From IMG/VR virus record IMGVR_UViG_3300001765_000297: a stretch of DNA of 64,000 nucleotides, one strand, 5' to 3'. A program made the translations under genes and the position numbers. This stretch comes from a virus. Taxonomy: Duplodnaviria > Heunggongvirae > Uroviricota > Caudoviricetes. This document shows, in pieces, positions 44,657-54,402 of the stretch (positions within the stretch are counted from its first letter, which is position 1; every line of letters begins with the position of its first letter). The notes beneath the pieces were generated by a model. That model had not been told where the DNA came from, made no database searches, and saw only the letters and a list, made by a program, of their open reading frames with translations.

Positions 44657-45693
44657 ATCAATTCATTTTTAATTATTTTCTGAGTGCTCCAGTGTCCATG
44701 ATTATTCTGTACGTGATTTTTCCGTACATATTTACCACACACATTCCTAAATTCCGAGTAATGATACTCACGGGATAATCTTATCACATAACCTTCAATA
44801 GTGCCGGGATTGGCTTCCATACGCTTATTGAGGTCTGTTATCACATCAATATCCCATATACCTTTATAGAATACCGGAACTAAGGTCAAACCTAAAAGTT
44901 CTGCCCATTCTTCGGTTAGTTCCCAACTCAAGCACATATTCCTTTCATCCCATATGCTGAACATATAGAAATAAGTACTGAGTGCATTTCCAAGTTCTTT
45001 GGTATAATGAATAGCGTGTTTAGCATACATGTTTTCACCACACACACGCCAACCTTCCGGAATATCATAACCATGTTGTGCCCAAAGGTTCTTAACCCAA
45101 GTACGAGAAGGATGTGCATCGCTATCTAATGAACGTGCATGTACGTAATCTCTGTACCACGTAGTGTTTTCACCATCGAGTTTTTCACAAATCATTACTT
45201 GCTGACCAACAAATATATTGGTATCAGTCATCATTCTGTCGTCTCGGTTCATGCCTGGACTCCACGGTAGATGAAAGGTTCGAGGATATTTAACCCTATC
45301 AGCAAAGAGAGATAAAACATTTCCCTGCTTTAATATTTTTTGTACGGATGGGTCTTCAAATAGTTCGCCCTTAATACGTGTACCATTATTCAGGATTTCA
45401 TTGCCCCACTTATCGTATTCGACATCTTGGTAAAAATGTTCCGGTAATACGATGACTTTAATTCCTGCAGCACTTCGGATTTCATCGCAGGTTAGTGTTG
45501 TTTGCTCGGCTTCAATGTGGTGCTTCTCACATAAACTAGCACCGTTATCGATAAAGTAACCACCATTTGCAAATAATCTGCGTTCCAATATATGGTGAGC
45601 ATCTTTTGCTGGGTCTTGGCACATAACGCATTTAAATCCGTCTCTTTGGAAGACGGATTCACGAAATGTATCTCTATCAAGTATTATATTCAT
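44653..45693 (-). CDS. ATP-dependent RNA ligase (nucleotidyltransferase motifs I KLDGEN, IV EGYVIR, V KYVRK) with N-terminal HNH-like Cys/His module
   Basis: ICEKLDGENT, EGYVIRL, CGKYVRK; N-term CVMC..DAHHILERR..LCEKHH. Confidence 0.65.
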   Translation of the reverse strand: MNIILDRDTFRESVFQRDGFKCVMCQDPAKDAHHILERRLFANGGYFIDNGASLCEKHHIEAEQTTLTCDEIRSAAGIKVIVLPEHFYQDVEYDKWGNEILNNGTRIKGELFEDPSVQKILKQGNVLSLFADRVKYPRTFHLPWSPGMNRDDRMMTDTNIFVGQQVMICEKLDGENTTWYRDYVHARSLDSDAHPSRTWVKNLWAQHGYDIPEGWRVCGENMYAKHAIHYTKELGNALSTYFYMFSIWDERNMCLSWELTEEWAELLGLTLVPVFYKGIWDIDVITDLNKRMEANPGTIEGYVIRLSREYHYSEFRNVCGKYVRKNHVQNNHGHWSTQKIIKNELI

Positions 45694-45700
45694 AATGCAA

Positions 45701-45730
45701 TTATACGAATATTATTTTGAATTTGTTACA
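45701..45730 (-). promoter_or_regulatory. phage promoter (minus) TTATACG-N17-GTTACA
   Basis: motif. Confidence 0.55.
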
Positions 45731-46067
45731 AAGAAAGTAGCTTATTTCTTTTTCTCTGTTTTATTAATGAAGTACCAAAAGAACTTCTGATAACTATTGA
45801 AAAATATGAAAATGCTCTATCAGACTTTTCAATATTAAATGTTGGGGCAAATCTCATGCATGCATCATAAGCAAATACAACACACATGGTTCTACTATCT
45901 TCGTCAATGAATTCATATCTTTCTTTACTCTTGCTGATATCATTAGCGAGTTCGAAAAATAAAAATTTTAGGTCTTCAGTTATTTCTCCCTTAGCTTGGG
46001 TATATCTGAGTTCTAGTAAAATTCTTTCGTTATATTCTTCTCTACTGTATTTCATTTGCGTAGCCAT
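45726..46067 (-). CDS. hypothetical protein
   Basis: ORF. Confidence 0.45.
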   Translation of the reverse strand: MATQMKYSREEYNERILLELRYTQAKGEITEDLKFLFFELANDISKSKERYEFIDEDSRTMCVVFAYDACMRFAPTFNIEKSDRAFSYFSIVIRSSFGTSLIKQRKRNKLLSL

Positions 46068-46291
46068 TCATTAAAGGAATTACTCAATTTTGTATATAAC
46101 TCACCAAACTTGCCCCAATTAACATTATTTAAAAGCCTTTTAAATTCTTTTCTGTCAAGAATTATCCAAATGATTGTCATTATCGATAATCCAATCAACT
46201 CAATAGTCCACCATAAAGGTGTTCTATCAACGATAACCCCCATAAAAAGCATCATAGCTAAATAACCTAACGCTAAACCCTCATTTTTCAT
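46052..46291 (-). CDS. small membrane protein
   Basis: hydrophobic. Confidence 0.4.
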   Translation of the reverse strand: MKNEGLALGYLAMMLFMGVIVDRTPLWWTIELIGLSIMTIIWIILDRKEFKRLLNNVNWGKFGELYTKLSNSFNEWLRK

Positions 46292-46303
46292 ATTCTTCTC
46301 TGG

Positions 46304-46708
46304 TTATGAATTAAAGATTTCATACAATTTATCATATTCTTCATCTGTACCAATAAATCCTAACCACCCACCATTTGCATCTGCTAATGTGAAATCACTC
46401 ACGTCATACTCTTTCCATCCCTTCTCACGGATTAAAATTGATAATGCTCTTCTTTGTTCCAAATATTTCAATTTAGATTCTTCAAATTTAATGGTTTGTT
46501 TACAAATTGCTATTGACCAATCGTATGGATTATTTTTATCATAATTTGGTATAAGTCCAGTTTCCTTAATATTTAACATATTTAATTCTTTTTGATATAT
46601 GTCGTATATTGCAATTGAAAAATAATCTCTAATTTCCTTTTCAGATAAACCGTTATGAAGTTCACTACCTTTTAAAATTTTTTTCATATGTTTATTTTTT
46701 AAAATCAC
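46304..46708 (-). CDS. hypothetical protein
   Basis: ORF. Confidence 0.5.
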   Translation of the reverse strand: MILKNKHMKKILKGSELHNGLSEKEIRDYFSIAIYDIYQKELNMLNIKETGLIPNYDKNNPYDWSIAICKQTIKFEESKLKYLEQRRALSILIREKGWKEYDVSDFTLADANGGWLGFIGTDEEYDKLYEIFNS

Positions 46709-46877
46709 TTTCTCTATCCCAATAAGATTTTGGATATTGTTTTTCGACTGACCATTTAAGTACTGCGATGATATGACTTTTTTCTAATGAAAATTCCGGC
46801 ATGTGTTTTTCAAGTGCCTGAATATCTTCATCAATTAGTTGCTGATATGCTTTTTTATTAAGTGTTACTTCTGACAT
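46692..46877 (-). CDS. hypothetical protein
   Basis: ORF. Confidence 0.4.
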   Translation of the reverse strand: MSEVTLNKKAYQQLIDEDIQALEKHMPEFSLEKSHIIAVLKWSVEKQYPKSYWDRESDFKK

Positions 46878-46957
46878 TAGATGATTTCTTTGGCTTCCAT
46901 TAATTTTCGCAACTTTTCAAGGTCTACGAAACGAGCATTGATTAGATTTCCCATAGC

Positions 46958-47554
46958 TTATGTTAAAAGTAAACAGCATTGTTTATATTTCTTACCCGAA
47001 CCACAGGGGCACTTATCGTTTCTTCCCACTTCCGGAGATTTAGGTGGTTGATATTCATATTCTTCAATACGTTCTGCAATACCATTAAGGTGATTGATTT
47101 CGTGTTGCCAAACCTGTGCATCAAACCCCTTATGGGTTTCTGTATGTAGTTGACCTTCTTCGTCATAATATTCTACTCGAACTGCACGACTACGTTCTGC
47201 AACAACTTTCTTACCAACCCAAGTCAGGCAACCCTCTACCATAATTTCCTTCATGCCTTGATATTCAACGATTTTCGGGTCGATAACTACTTTCCAAGTC
47301 TTATCTGCATCATAACCTTTGGTATTAGCTGCACTATAATAATTATTTAAATCCTTTAATGCGAATGCTCTGACCATAAATCTCAGACCATCCATTGAAC
47401 ATTGATTGGCAGCGAGTCCGGCAGCATTATGACGGGTTTTGGCGAAGTCTAGAAATGCAAATAACTTCTCACGATTATCATCAAGATATTCGTAGATGTT
47501 TTGTATTTCATCAACCTTTGGGGTTTGTTCGTTGGGTATTACTTCGAATGTCAT
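46958..47554 (-). CDS. def: peptide deformylase with C-terminal SEC-C zinc motif
   Basis: [16 protein letters not shown] (motif I), EGCLTW (II), QHEINHLNG (III); tail [13 protein letters not shown]. Confidence 0.8.
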   Translation of the reverse strand: MTFEVIPNEQTPKVDEIQNIYEYLDDNREKLFAFLDFAKTRHNAAGLAANQCSMDGLRFMVRAFALKDLNNYYSAANTKGYDADKTWKVVIDPKIVEYQGMKEIMVEGCLTWVGKKVVAERSRAVRVEYYDEEGQLHTETHKGFDAQVWQHEINHLNGIAERIEEYEYQPPKSPEVGRNDKCPCGSGKKYKQCCLLLT

Positions 47555-47880
47555 GGTACAAGATTTAAAGCGTAAAATAATCCAAATTCCATAGCATCTT
47601 CATAGGTTTGGAATTCTTCATCACGAGCATCATTTATTGCCAAGTTATTGGCGTATACAACATAATCACGATACTTACCATCACCATTTAATGTGGTGGA
47701 TTTAGCCATGACTTGAATGTTATGAACTTCTCTCAACCATCTTTGCAATATTGCCTGAGTTGTAGATAAGTTAGTACAAATACATTCAGGATAACCACCA
47801 CATTTACAATGAGGTTGATTAAATCCTTTTTCATTTGCTAATTTAGTTGTGTTTGCTGAAATGAATTGTTCTACTATCAT
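47551..47880 (-). CDS. hypothetical protein
   Basis: ORF. Confidence 0.5.
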   Translation of the reverse strand: MIVEQFISANTTKLANEKGFNQPHCKCGGYPECICTNLSTTQAILQRWLREVHNIQVMAKSTTLNGDGKYRDYVVYANNLAINDARDEEFQTYEDAMEFGLFYALNLVP

Positions 47881-47889
47881 GATGTATTT

Positions 47890-48369
47890 TTAATAATTAT
47901 ATATAATAACATTGTTGTAGCAGTCAACCATCGTTTTATTTGGTTTAATGCCGTGACAAACTAAAAAACCATTCTTAATCATTTGCGTATCGTCACGATT
48001 ATTAGATAATGATTCAAATATGCTAACCATTCCCATTGCAACACTATTTCCATCATAATCGCCATCATTGTTTTTCTGAATGGCAATTCCATTGGCATGA
48101 TTTTTCTTTTTTATGTATTTGAAATTGCTATTAAATAGCGAATAAAGTTCTTGTAAAAAGGTTGTTGCCGATAATATTTTAATATCGGCTACCATTTTCA
48201 CATAATTATTTGCGGCTCTTTTTCCATACTGATTTTCAATACCAATATAGATTTTCTGCAAGATTTCACCATTTAAGTCACAAAGAATTGCCCCTCTACC
48301 TGAATAAAATTCGGGTCTAGTGGACATGTTTGAATTGCGGATAATGTTTTTGAGTGTTTCCATATACAA
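47890..48369 (-). CDS. hypothetical protein
   Basis: ORF with promoter 48381-48409. Confidence 0.5.
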   Translation of the reverse strand: MYMETLKNIIRNSNMSTRPEFYSGRGAILCDLNGEILQKIYIGIENQYGKRAANNYVKMVADIKILSATTFLQELYSLFNSNFKYIKKKNHANGIAIQKNNDGDYDGNSVAMGMVSIFESLSNNRDDTQMIKNGFLVCHGIKPNKTMVDCYNNVIIYNY

Positions 48370-48380
48370 AATTTTATTTG

Positions 48381-48409
48381 TTATACGAAATTCATCTGGA
48401 AATGTTACA
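48381..48409 (-). promoter_or_regulatory. phage promoter (minus) TTATACG-N16-GTTACA
   Basis: motif. Confidence 0.55.
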
Positions 48410-48419
48410 AAATTTAGTG

Positions 48420-48765
48420 AAAAAAAGAGTCTCCTAGCAGTAGCGTGATGTAGTCTAAAATAAAGTCTCGGTCAATGGCAAAGACCCTTCTCTGCAACAA
48501 TGGCAAAGGCGAAAACTAAGTCTGTTTTTCGTAGTCCAATTTTTTCCTCGAAAGGTAACCTGTACTACTAGTGTGGTGTTTTTTGAAACCCACAAAAACA
48601 TTTAGATTCGCAGAGAAGGCGGTATATTTTCCATGATGGGTAATCCAATCCCGAAGGATGTGGATAACTCGTAAGATTGCTTATCTTTTAGTATTTAAAG
48701 AACGCTACTGCTAAGAGCAAAGAGGAACTAAATCGGCTTGTGCTTCGTTAGTTCCCCAACTCAAA
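48420..48765. ncRNA. candidate structured ncRNA (strand uncertain, probably minus)
   Basis: ~345 bp ORF-free, GC-rich; long-range complementarity AGCAGTAGCG(48440s)/CGCTACTGCT(48700s), CCCTTCTCTGC/GCAGAGAAGG, hairpin GGAACTAA..TTAGTTCC. Confidence 0.3.
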
Positions 48766-48766
48766 A

Positions 48767-49702
48767 TTATTCTTCCTCAGTTACTTTGGTGAGGAAAGTG
48801 TCAACGACTTTCTGGAATCTTGCATCCACTCCGATACGCATAGAAGCGATTTCTTTGATTTTTGCCTGACGAGTCTTTTCGAATTCAGCATTCAGACTCT
48901 TAACTGCTTCACTATATGCTTTATAAGCAGTTTCATATGCAGCTTGCAACTGATTGTTGGTGTTCTGAGCATCATTTTGAGCATCGGCATTGTGTTTTGC
49001 AATGCGGGCATTTTCAAGTGTAGTTATATTTTTGACCTTACTTTTGAAATAATTTACACGTTGCTCGAAATCACGGTGGAGTTTTGCCAACACCTCATGG
49101 GTTGACATGAGTTGTTCTGGAGAATGGTGTTTTTTAATGGTTACAGGAGTTTTCTCACCTGTTTTTATTTCCATCCATTCGATAGCTGGTAATTTCACCA
49201 ATTCAGTTCTAAGCACATCTAATGGCATACCTGAATGAATGAACTGTCCAATATGAGCAGCGTATGCTTCAGCTTCAAGGAATTCGTTGCTCTCAACGAT
49301 ACTAAGTTGTGACCAACCCCAATCTTCACCAACTTCGGGTAACATATTTACTGACGGATTAACGAATTTTGGCTTTTCAGGCATTTCAATAACTGAATCG
49401 TCAGCACGTTCGTTTTTTGCTGTTTTAAGCATGAAGTCCTTTGCCTTAATGTTTTCCATAAGGAAAGCCTGGCAAGCGTGAAGTTCTGCCTTCTCGATAA
49501 GAAGGCTTACAATATTTGTAGGAAGGGGTTTACCAGCTAAAATGATGTGGGTCTTTGAGGAAATTTCAACTGTTTTCTCACAGTTATTTACACCACTAAT
49601 ATTGGCATCAATTTCTCTGGCTCTCTGATTACAAAGATTGGAGATTGATTGTGCTTGTGATAAGCTAAGACCTTGATTTGGATTTAAAGAATTCTTTTTC
49701 AT
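48767..49702 (-). CDS. hypothetical coiled-coil protein (311 aa)
   Basis: ORF downstream of ABC ATPase gene. Confidence 0.55.
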   Translation of the reverse strand: MKKNSLNPNQGLSLSQAQSISNLCNQRAREIDANISGVNNCEKTVEISSKTHIILAGKPLPTNIVSLLIEKAELHACQAFLMENIKAKDFMLKTAKNERADDSVIEMPEKPKFVNPSVNMLPEVGEDWGWSQLSIVESNEFLEAEAYAAHIGQFIHSGMPLDVLRTELVKLPAIEWMEIKTGEKTPVTIKKHHSPEQLMSTHEVLAKLHRDFEQRVNYFKSKVKNITTLENARIAKHNADAQNDAQNTNNQLQAAYETAYKAYSEAVKSLNAEFEKTRQAKIKEIASMRIGVDARFQKVVDTFLTKVTEEE

Positions 49703-49786
49703 AGTTAATGAGTTTTAAGGTTACAATAATTATTATTTCAGTTTGAGAGTACAAATGTAATAAACTTTTTTAATCTGCAAATATTT

Positions 49787-50593
49787 TTATGATTTTTTAC
49801 GATTTTTTTTTATTTCGTATGTTGGTTTACCAAAAGTGGTTATTTCATCAACATATTTTACTCTGTCCACCAATTGACGGGTTTCCATATCAAATAGAGT
49901 ATTAAACTCATTGATAACTGCAAGACTATGTGTGCAAACTATTAACTGATTTCCATATTCTGCAGATTTTTTTAGTTTTGTTGCTAACCGGATTTGATTG
50001 CCAAGGCTCAATGCCGTTTCTGGTTCATCCATGAAAATAACATAACCACCCTTGGCAGTATCGAGTATATAATCCAATGCAGGTAACATAGATTCTCCAT
50101 GACTTTCTTCATTAGCAAAAAATAATTGTGCAGTTAAAGATACATAATCACTACTATTGGGATTAATCATTTTGGGAATTGCAATAATTGGATTATCTTT
50201 TTCTCCATTAAAGAAAATTGCATTCTTGTAGGTAACATTCCCATCTACCCTAATATAACCTTTATAATCATTCTGATAACCTGCGATATACTCTTCTTCG
50301 GTTTTGAAATTGCTGAATGATAATTGTAATTCGGATGGTGAATCACCTACATACCCTTTAATTAAAGATATTAGTGTTGACTTACCACTACCGTTTTCAC
50401 CTACAATAATATTAACCCCTGAGTTGAATTCAATAACTAAATCCTTGGGAAACAAGTCAAACATCACATATGGATGTTTCTCCCTACTATACTCTGACTT
50501 TGAGGGTTTAATAGTTCGATATTTGAATCTTTTCTGAGATTCTTTCTCTAATGGCAAATCATATGCCTCCGGAAATCTAACTGAGTTAATCAT
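49787..50593 (-). CDS. ABC-type (AAA_21/SMC-like) ATPase
   Basis: Walker A GENGSGKST, signature-like SHGESM, Walker B VIFMDEPE, H-loop CTHS. Confidence 0.65.
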   Translation of the reverse strand: MINSVRFPEAYDLPLEKESQKRFKYRTIKPSKSEYSREKHPYVMFDLFPKDLVIEFNSGVNIIVGENGSGKSTLISLIKGYVGDSPSELQLSFSNFKTEEEYIAGYQNDYKGYIRVDGNVTYKNAIFFNGEKDNPIIAIPKMINPNSSDYVSLTAQLFFANEESHGESMLPALDYILDTAKGGYVIFMDEPETALSLGNQIRLATKLKKSAEYGNQLIVCTHSLAVINEFNTLFDMETRQLVDRVKYVDEITTFGKPTYEIKKNRKKS

Positions 50594-50605
50594 TTCTTAT
50601 TACAT

Positions 50606-50758
50606 TTAGCAGTTGTCATAATACCATTGTTTATCATGATATTCAAGTAATTCTGGATTACTTAGAATAAACATGTCAATAACTCGAATAGCTTCACTAT
50701 CATCCATATGAAATGTAGCCATTCTAATATTTTCTATAATTTCTTCAAGATGTTCCAT
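50606..50758 (-). CDS. small hypothetical protein (50 aa)
   Basis: fills gap; stop/start adjacency. Confidence 0.25.
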   Translation of the reverse strand: MEHLEEIIENIRMATFHMDDSEAIRVIDMFILSNPELLEYHDKQWYYDNC

Positions 50759-50760
50759 AA

Positions 50761-51090
50761 TTACTTCGTTTGAAATTTAAAGTATGGTTCGAAGTCCGAA
50801 TCGCCATATGATGGTTTGCAGTACTCAACGTTCCAACCTTCTCTGCGATACGCATCTTCAAAATCCATTTGATGATTATCATATATTTCTTCACGTGCTC
50901 CACGGTCATCATCTATTTTACTTATTCTGAAGTATTCTTCGAGTAATTCGTCTTTTCTGATAATAGCTTTACTGCCGTTCCATTTTCTTGCAATTAATTT
51001 ATTAACTGCTTCAAACATTGCGTCAGGGATAGTCTTAATTTTCATATCAAGAACTTCTTCTGGCGTTATTGGTTTAGTTATATTTCCCAT
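50761..51090 (-). CDS. hypothetical protein
   Basis: ORF. Confidence 0.45.
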   Translation of the reverse strand: MGNITKPITPEEVLDMKIKTIPDAMFEAVNKLIARKWNGSKAIIRKDELLEEYFRISKIDDDRGAREEIYDNHQMDFEDAYRREGWNVEYCKPSYGDSDFEPYFKFQTK

Positions 51091-51380
51091 TATTCCTTTA
51101 TTTTATAAACAACTTTAGTGCCACCACCAAGCGAACTACTAACTCCCAAAAGGAAGCCAAAGTTATACCATGCACCATTATTATTAACTCCATATACAGC
51201 AATATCGTGATTGAATAAGCTGCCAATAAGTGATATTCCGGAAATTATTCCATGCCATAAGCCACTCCAAAAGCCATAAACCACGCCATTTAAACAACTA
51301 GTGTCACGTTGAACATAAGTACAACTTGTGAAGAGGATTGCTACAAGTGCAAAAAGTAGAATTATTTTAACGTGTTTCAT
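51090..51380 (-). CDS. small membrane/lipoprotein
   Basis: signal + lipobox-like FTSC. Confidence 0.45.
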   Translation of the reverse strand: MKHVKIILLFALVAILFTSCTYVQRDTSCLNGVVYGFWSGLWHGIISGISLIGSLFNHDIAVYGVNNNGAWYNFGFLLGVSSSLGGGTKVVYKIKE

Positions 51381-51765
51381 TATATTTAATTTTTACAAGA
51401 TTACGAATTTCAACTGGAATTGACAAATTTATGCTATATTTTTCTTGCATTGCAAGTAATTTAACAATCATCGATGCCTTTAGAAATCCCAATGCTTTCT
51501 GTGTTTGAATACCATTAAGAAATGCATGGTCTGCTTCTGAAAGAAACTTTTGTTCATCATTTCTTTTAATAGTTTCTTCACATGAACCAAGAATTACATT
51601 AATATGTAATGGCTTAGATACTCGATAAAATACATCAGCATCATACAGAGTTTTATTCTTAAGAGTTCTAGTCTTGGCATGTGATATTTCAACCTTAACA
51701 ATCTCTGGATTGTCAATCCACGAACTGAGTTCGTCTTTCTTTATGAGTTGTCTTATACGTATCAT
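51367..51765 (-). CDS. hypothetical protein
   Basis: ORF. Confidence 0.5.
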   Translation of the reverse strand: MIRIRQLIKKDELSSWIDNPEIVKVEISHAKTRTLKNKTLYDADVFYRVSKPLHINVILGSCEETIKRNDEQKFLSEADHAFLNGIQTQKALGFLKASMIVKLLAMQEKYSINLSIPVEIRNLVKIKYNETR

Positions 51766-52241
51766 TAGTTCTTATTCCAAGCAAAAAAGTTTGAAAACAT
51801 TCCACGCATACCTTCTGCACCCTCACTAAAATCTTCGCCAACGCTTTTATTGTCAACATCAACGCAATAAGAAATTAATTCATCACCAGCAGGTGTACTG
51901 AATAACATTACAATGATGTCCTGTTTGCATTCCAATTCGGAAATTTTAATTTCACCACTAATTAATTCGGGGGCAATCTCGGAATCCTCATCAACTTTTG
52001 CACCATATGCTTCCATAATAATTCCGGCAGCAAGCGCTTTATGTTGTATGCAAATGCCTTTAATTAAATTGGAAAGTATTTCTTTTCCTGATGGACTATT
52101 AAATAATTGTCCAGGAATTTCCATAACGTTAGCCTTACCATTAATATAAAAAAACATCAGGGGAACTAAAAATCCATCATTCTTAAAATTCTGAATCATC
52201 CCCAAACGCATGGTTTCCTTAAAGGTTTCAATATTATTCAT
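51765..52241 (-). CDS. hypothetical protein
   Basis: ORF with promoter 52268-52296. Confidence 0.5.
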   Translation of the reverse strand: MNNIETFKETMRLGMIQNFKNDGFLVPLMFFYINGKANVMEIPGQLFNSPSGKEILSNLIKGICIQHKALAAGIIMEAYGAKVDEDSEIAPELISGEIKISELECKQDIIVMLFSTPAGDELISYCVDVDNKSVGEDFSEGAEGMRGMFSNFFAWNKN

Positions 52242-52267
52242 AGTAAAATGTTTTATGTTACATTGGA

Positions 52268-52296
52268 TTATACGAAGACCAAATGAAAAGGTTACA
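52268..52296 (-). promoter_or_regulatory. phage promoter (minus) TTATACG-N16-GTTACA
   Basis: motif. Confidence 0.5.
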
Positions 52297-52302
52297 AAAA
52301 TC

Positions 52303-52491
52303 TTAAACTATTTTCGATTCTTCGATAATTTTTTTCACATCTTTCACTTTATTCCAGAATTCTACAGATAATTCTTCATCATCCGGAATACTACAAAGCG
52401 GTAGTGGATATTTATCCCTTACCGCTTTAAGATTAGAAAATCCGCAGTCACCATTATGTTGTTCCCATATACACTGACCACTATAACACAT
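52303..52491 (-). CDS. hypothetical protein
   Basis: ORF. Confidence 0.35.
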   Translation of the reverse strand: MCYSGQCIWEQHNGDCGFSNLKAVRDKYPLPLCSIPDDEELSVEFWNKVKDVKKIIEESKIV

Positions 52492-52715
52492 TAGTTTACA
52501 AGTCTTTTAACGTTTGTTAACTGAAGAGGACGAAGACCATTGAATTTAATGCTGTATTGAAACACTACACGATTACTCTTGAAAACCTCTGTTAAATCTT
52601 CCTCATGGTAGGCTTCCTTCCAAATTGCTGAACCATTGAGGTTCTTTGAAATTTCTTTGTCTTCGACAGGTGAATATACTTTTACATTTTCCATTGTTAT
52701 GATTTTAGATAACAA
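52491..52715 (-). CDS. hypothetical protein
   Basis: ORF. Confidence 0.4.
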   Translation of the reverse strand: MLSKIITMENVKVYSPVEDKEISKNLNGSAIWKEAYHEEDLTEVFKSNRVVFQYSIKFNGLRPLQLTNVKRLVN

Positions 52716-52751
52716 ATATAATTATAATATATTTAAATGCAAATACCTTTA

Positions 52752-53087
52752 TTAATTATTCAGCCAATAAATAAACTTTTCCCAAATACTTTGAAAACCG
52801 GAAGAAATCTTCTTAGATACTTCAACCTTTTGTTTTTTCACAAACTTCTCAGGGGATGCAGTATTAAACGAATCTTTTTTAATTTTTCTTTTAAATTTAC
52901 TGATAAACCATCTATCATATGCCCTGTCATTACGCCACAATAATCCGATTATCCATGTAGTCATTACCATAAGAAAGGCAATGAATCCGCCAAAGGGACG
53001 ATTAGTATCAATTGCGTTGAGCAATAAAAAGAAGCTACAAGAATAAATCAGAATCTTGTATGCTATTATTTGTCGTTTTTTTCTCAT
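52752..53087 (-). CDS. membrane protein
   Basis: 2 TM segments. Confidence 0.45.
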   Translation of the reverse strand: MRKKRQIIAYKILIYSCSFFLLLNAIDTNRPFGGFIAFLMVMTTWIIGLLWRNDRAYDRWFISKFKRKIKKDSFNTASPEKFVKKQKVEVSKKISSGFQSIWEKFIYWLNN

Positions 53088-53092
53088 GTCTA

Positions 53093-53145
53093 TTATACGA
53101 AAATGCTTAATGTATGTTACAAAAAAAGGGAGAATTTCTTCTCCC
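53093..53145 (-). promoter_or_regulatory. minus-strand terminator (GGGAGAA/TTCTCCC hairpin 53128-53145 + U-tract 53121-53127) directly followed by promoter TTATACG(53093-53099)-N16-GTTACA(53116-53121)
   Basis: same terminator-then-promoter architecture as on plus strand. Confidence 0.55.
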
Positions 53146-53176
53146 CCTTAATTTTGTTATCCCAAAGGTCCGTTCA

Positions 53177-54349
53177 TTACTTCTTGTCAAGTTTACTCTG
53201 AATATCAAGAAGCATATTTACTCCAATGGCATCCATCGGACTTACACCACCTTTAGCACCACCGTCACCGTTGATGAAAATTGAGGGCACGTTAACTTTA
53301 GCTAATTCAGCAGCTACACCAACGGCAGTTTTATACTTCCATTCAGCAGCTTCTTGAGGACTAAGACCTGCGGATACTTTCAAACGGTTTGATTCGGCTT
53401 CTGCCTGACCTTTGAAGATAGTAGCTTTCTTATTTTCTTCTTCCTTCTTAGCCATAAGCGCAGCAACTTCATATTCTTTCTGAGCAACGGTTACTGCCTG
53501 AATTTTAACAACTTCCTGTTCGTATTTTGCTTTAGCTACGTTAGCAAGTCCCTGTTGTTCTGAAGTTAATGCGTCCTGTTTTGCACGGATAGCAGACTGT
53601 TTAGCAAGTTCGGTCTTCATAGCCTCGTCTTTACGAGCAGCAATCATTTCATTAACTTTTTCATCAAATGCCGGAACGTCAATAACACATTCCAATACCT
53701 GACAACCTAATTCTTGTAAACGGTTTGGTTTTCTTAATGGTTGACCATCTTCGCCATATACTAAGACTGTCACACGCATTTCTTCAATTTCGCCAGTGCT
53801 TGTAGTTTTTTCAATTTTGTCGGATTTTGTAACATAAATACCATTCTTTAATTGGTCTTCAACAGCTTGCTGAAATAATGCCAAGGTAGTATATGCATCC
53901 TGTGCACTACGAAGGTTAGCACCTAATTTAATAGCATTTTGTACAATTGGAACAATACCTGAACGAATAAAGTGGTCGAAACCCTGAGCGTATTCTATCT
54001 TTAATTCTTTAGCACCTTCAGGAGTAGTAGGTAATTTCACCCTGATAAGGGCAGAAATCTGTGCTTTAGAACCATCGTTAAAAATAACATCAACTGCTTC
54101 AATATCAGCACTACCTTCACCTTTGTGAGTACCTACACCTACAGTCGCTACGTTCTTGTACTCACTAATAGTACCGAACCACTGTCCGTAAGTTCCGGGT
54201 TCAGTTCTAACTGTCATAGTTCCAGAATAGAACGCCTGTTTAACTTGGAAATAACCTGCTTCGTTGGTTTGGAAAATTCCTTTAGCCAACACTAAAAATA
54301 AGACGGCAAGTAAAATAATTACCACCCCAAAAATTTTTGCTTTCTTCAT
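53177..54349 (-). CDS. SPFH/band-7 (stomatin/HflC-like) membrane protein
   Basis: N-terminal TM, SPFH-like core, Ala/Glu/Lys-rich coiled coil. Confidence 0.6.
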   Translation of the reverse strand: MKKAKIFGVVIILLAVLFLVLAKGIFQTNEAGYFQVKQAFYSGTMTVRTEPGTYGQWFGTISEYKNVATVGVGTHKGEGSADIEAVDVIFNDGSKAQISALIRVKLPTTPEGAKELKIEYAQGFDHFIRSGIVPIVQNAIKLGANLRSAQDAYTTLALFQQAVEDQLKNGIYVTKSDKIEKTTSTGEIEEMRVTVLVYGEDGQPLRKPNRLQELGCQVLECVIDVPAFDEKVNEMIAARKDEAMKTELAKQSAIRAKQDALTSEQQGLANVAKAKYEQEVVKIQAVTVAQKEYEVAALMAKKEEENKKATIFKGQAEAESNRLKVSAGLSPQEAAEWKYKTAVGVAAELAKVNVPSIFINGDGGAKGGVSPMDAIGVNMLLDIQSKLDKK

Positions 54350-54402
54350 TTGATTTAAATTTAAATTGTTAATAGAACTTGTTTATAAATTATTGTTAAT
54401 AA

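Noticed and set aside
48720-48755. Hairpin GGAACTAA..TTAGTTCC as a rho-independent terminator
   Set aside because: Not followed by a T-tract on either strand. More likely an internal stem of the putative structured RNA.
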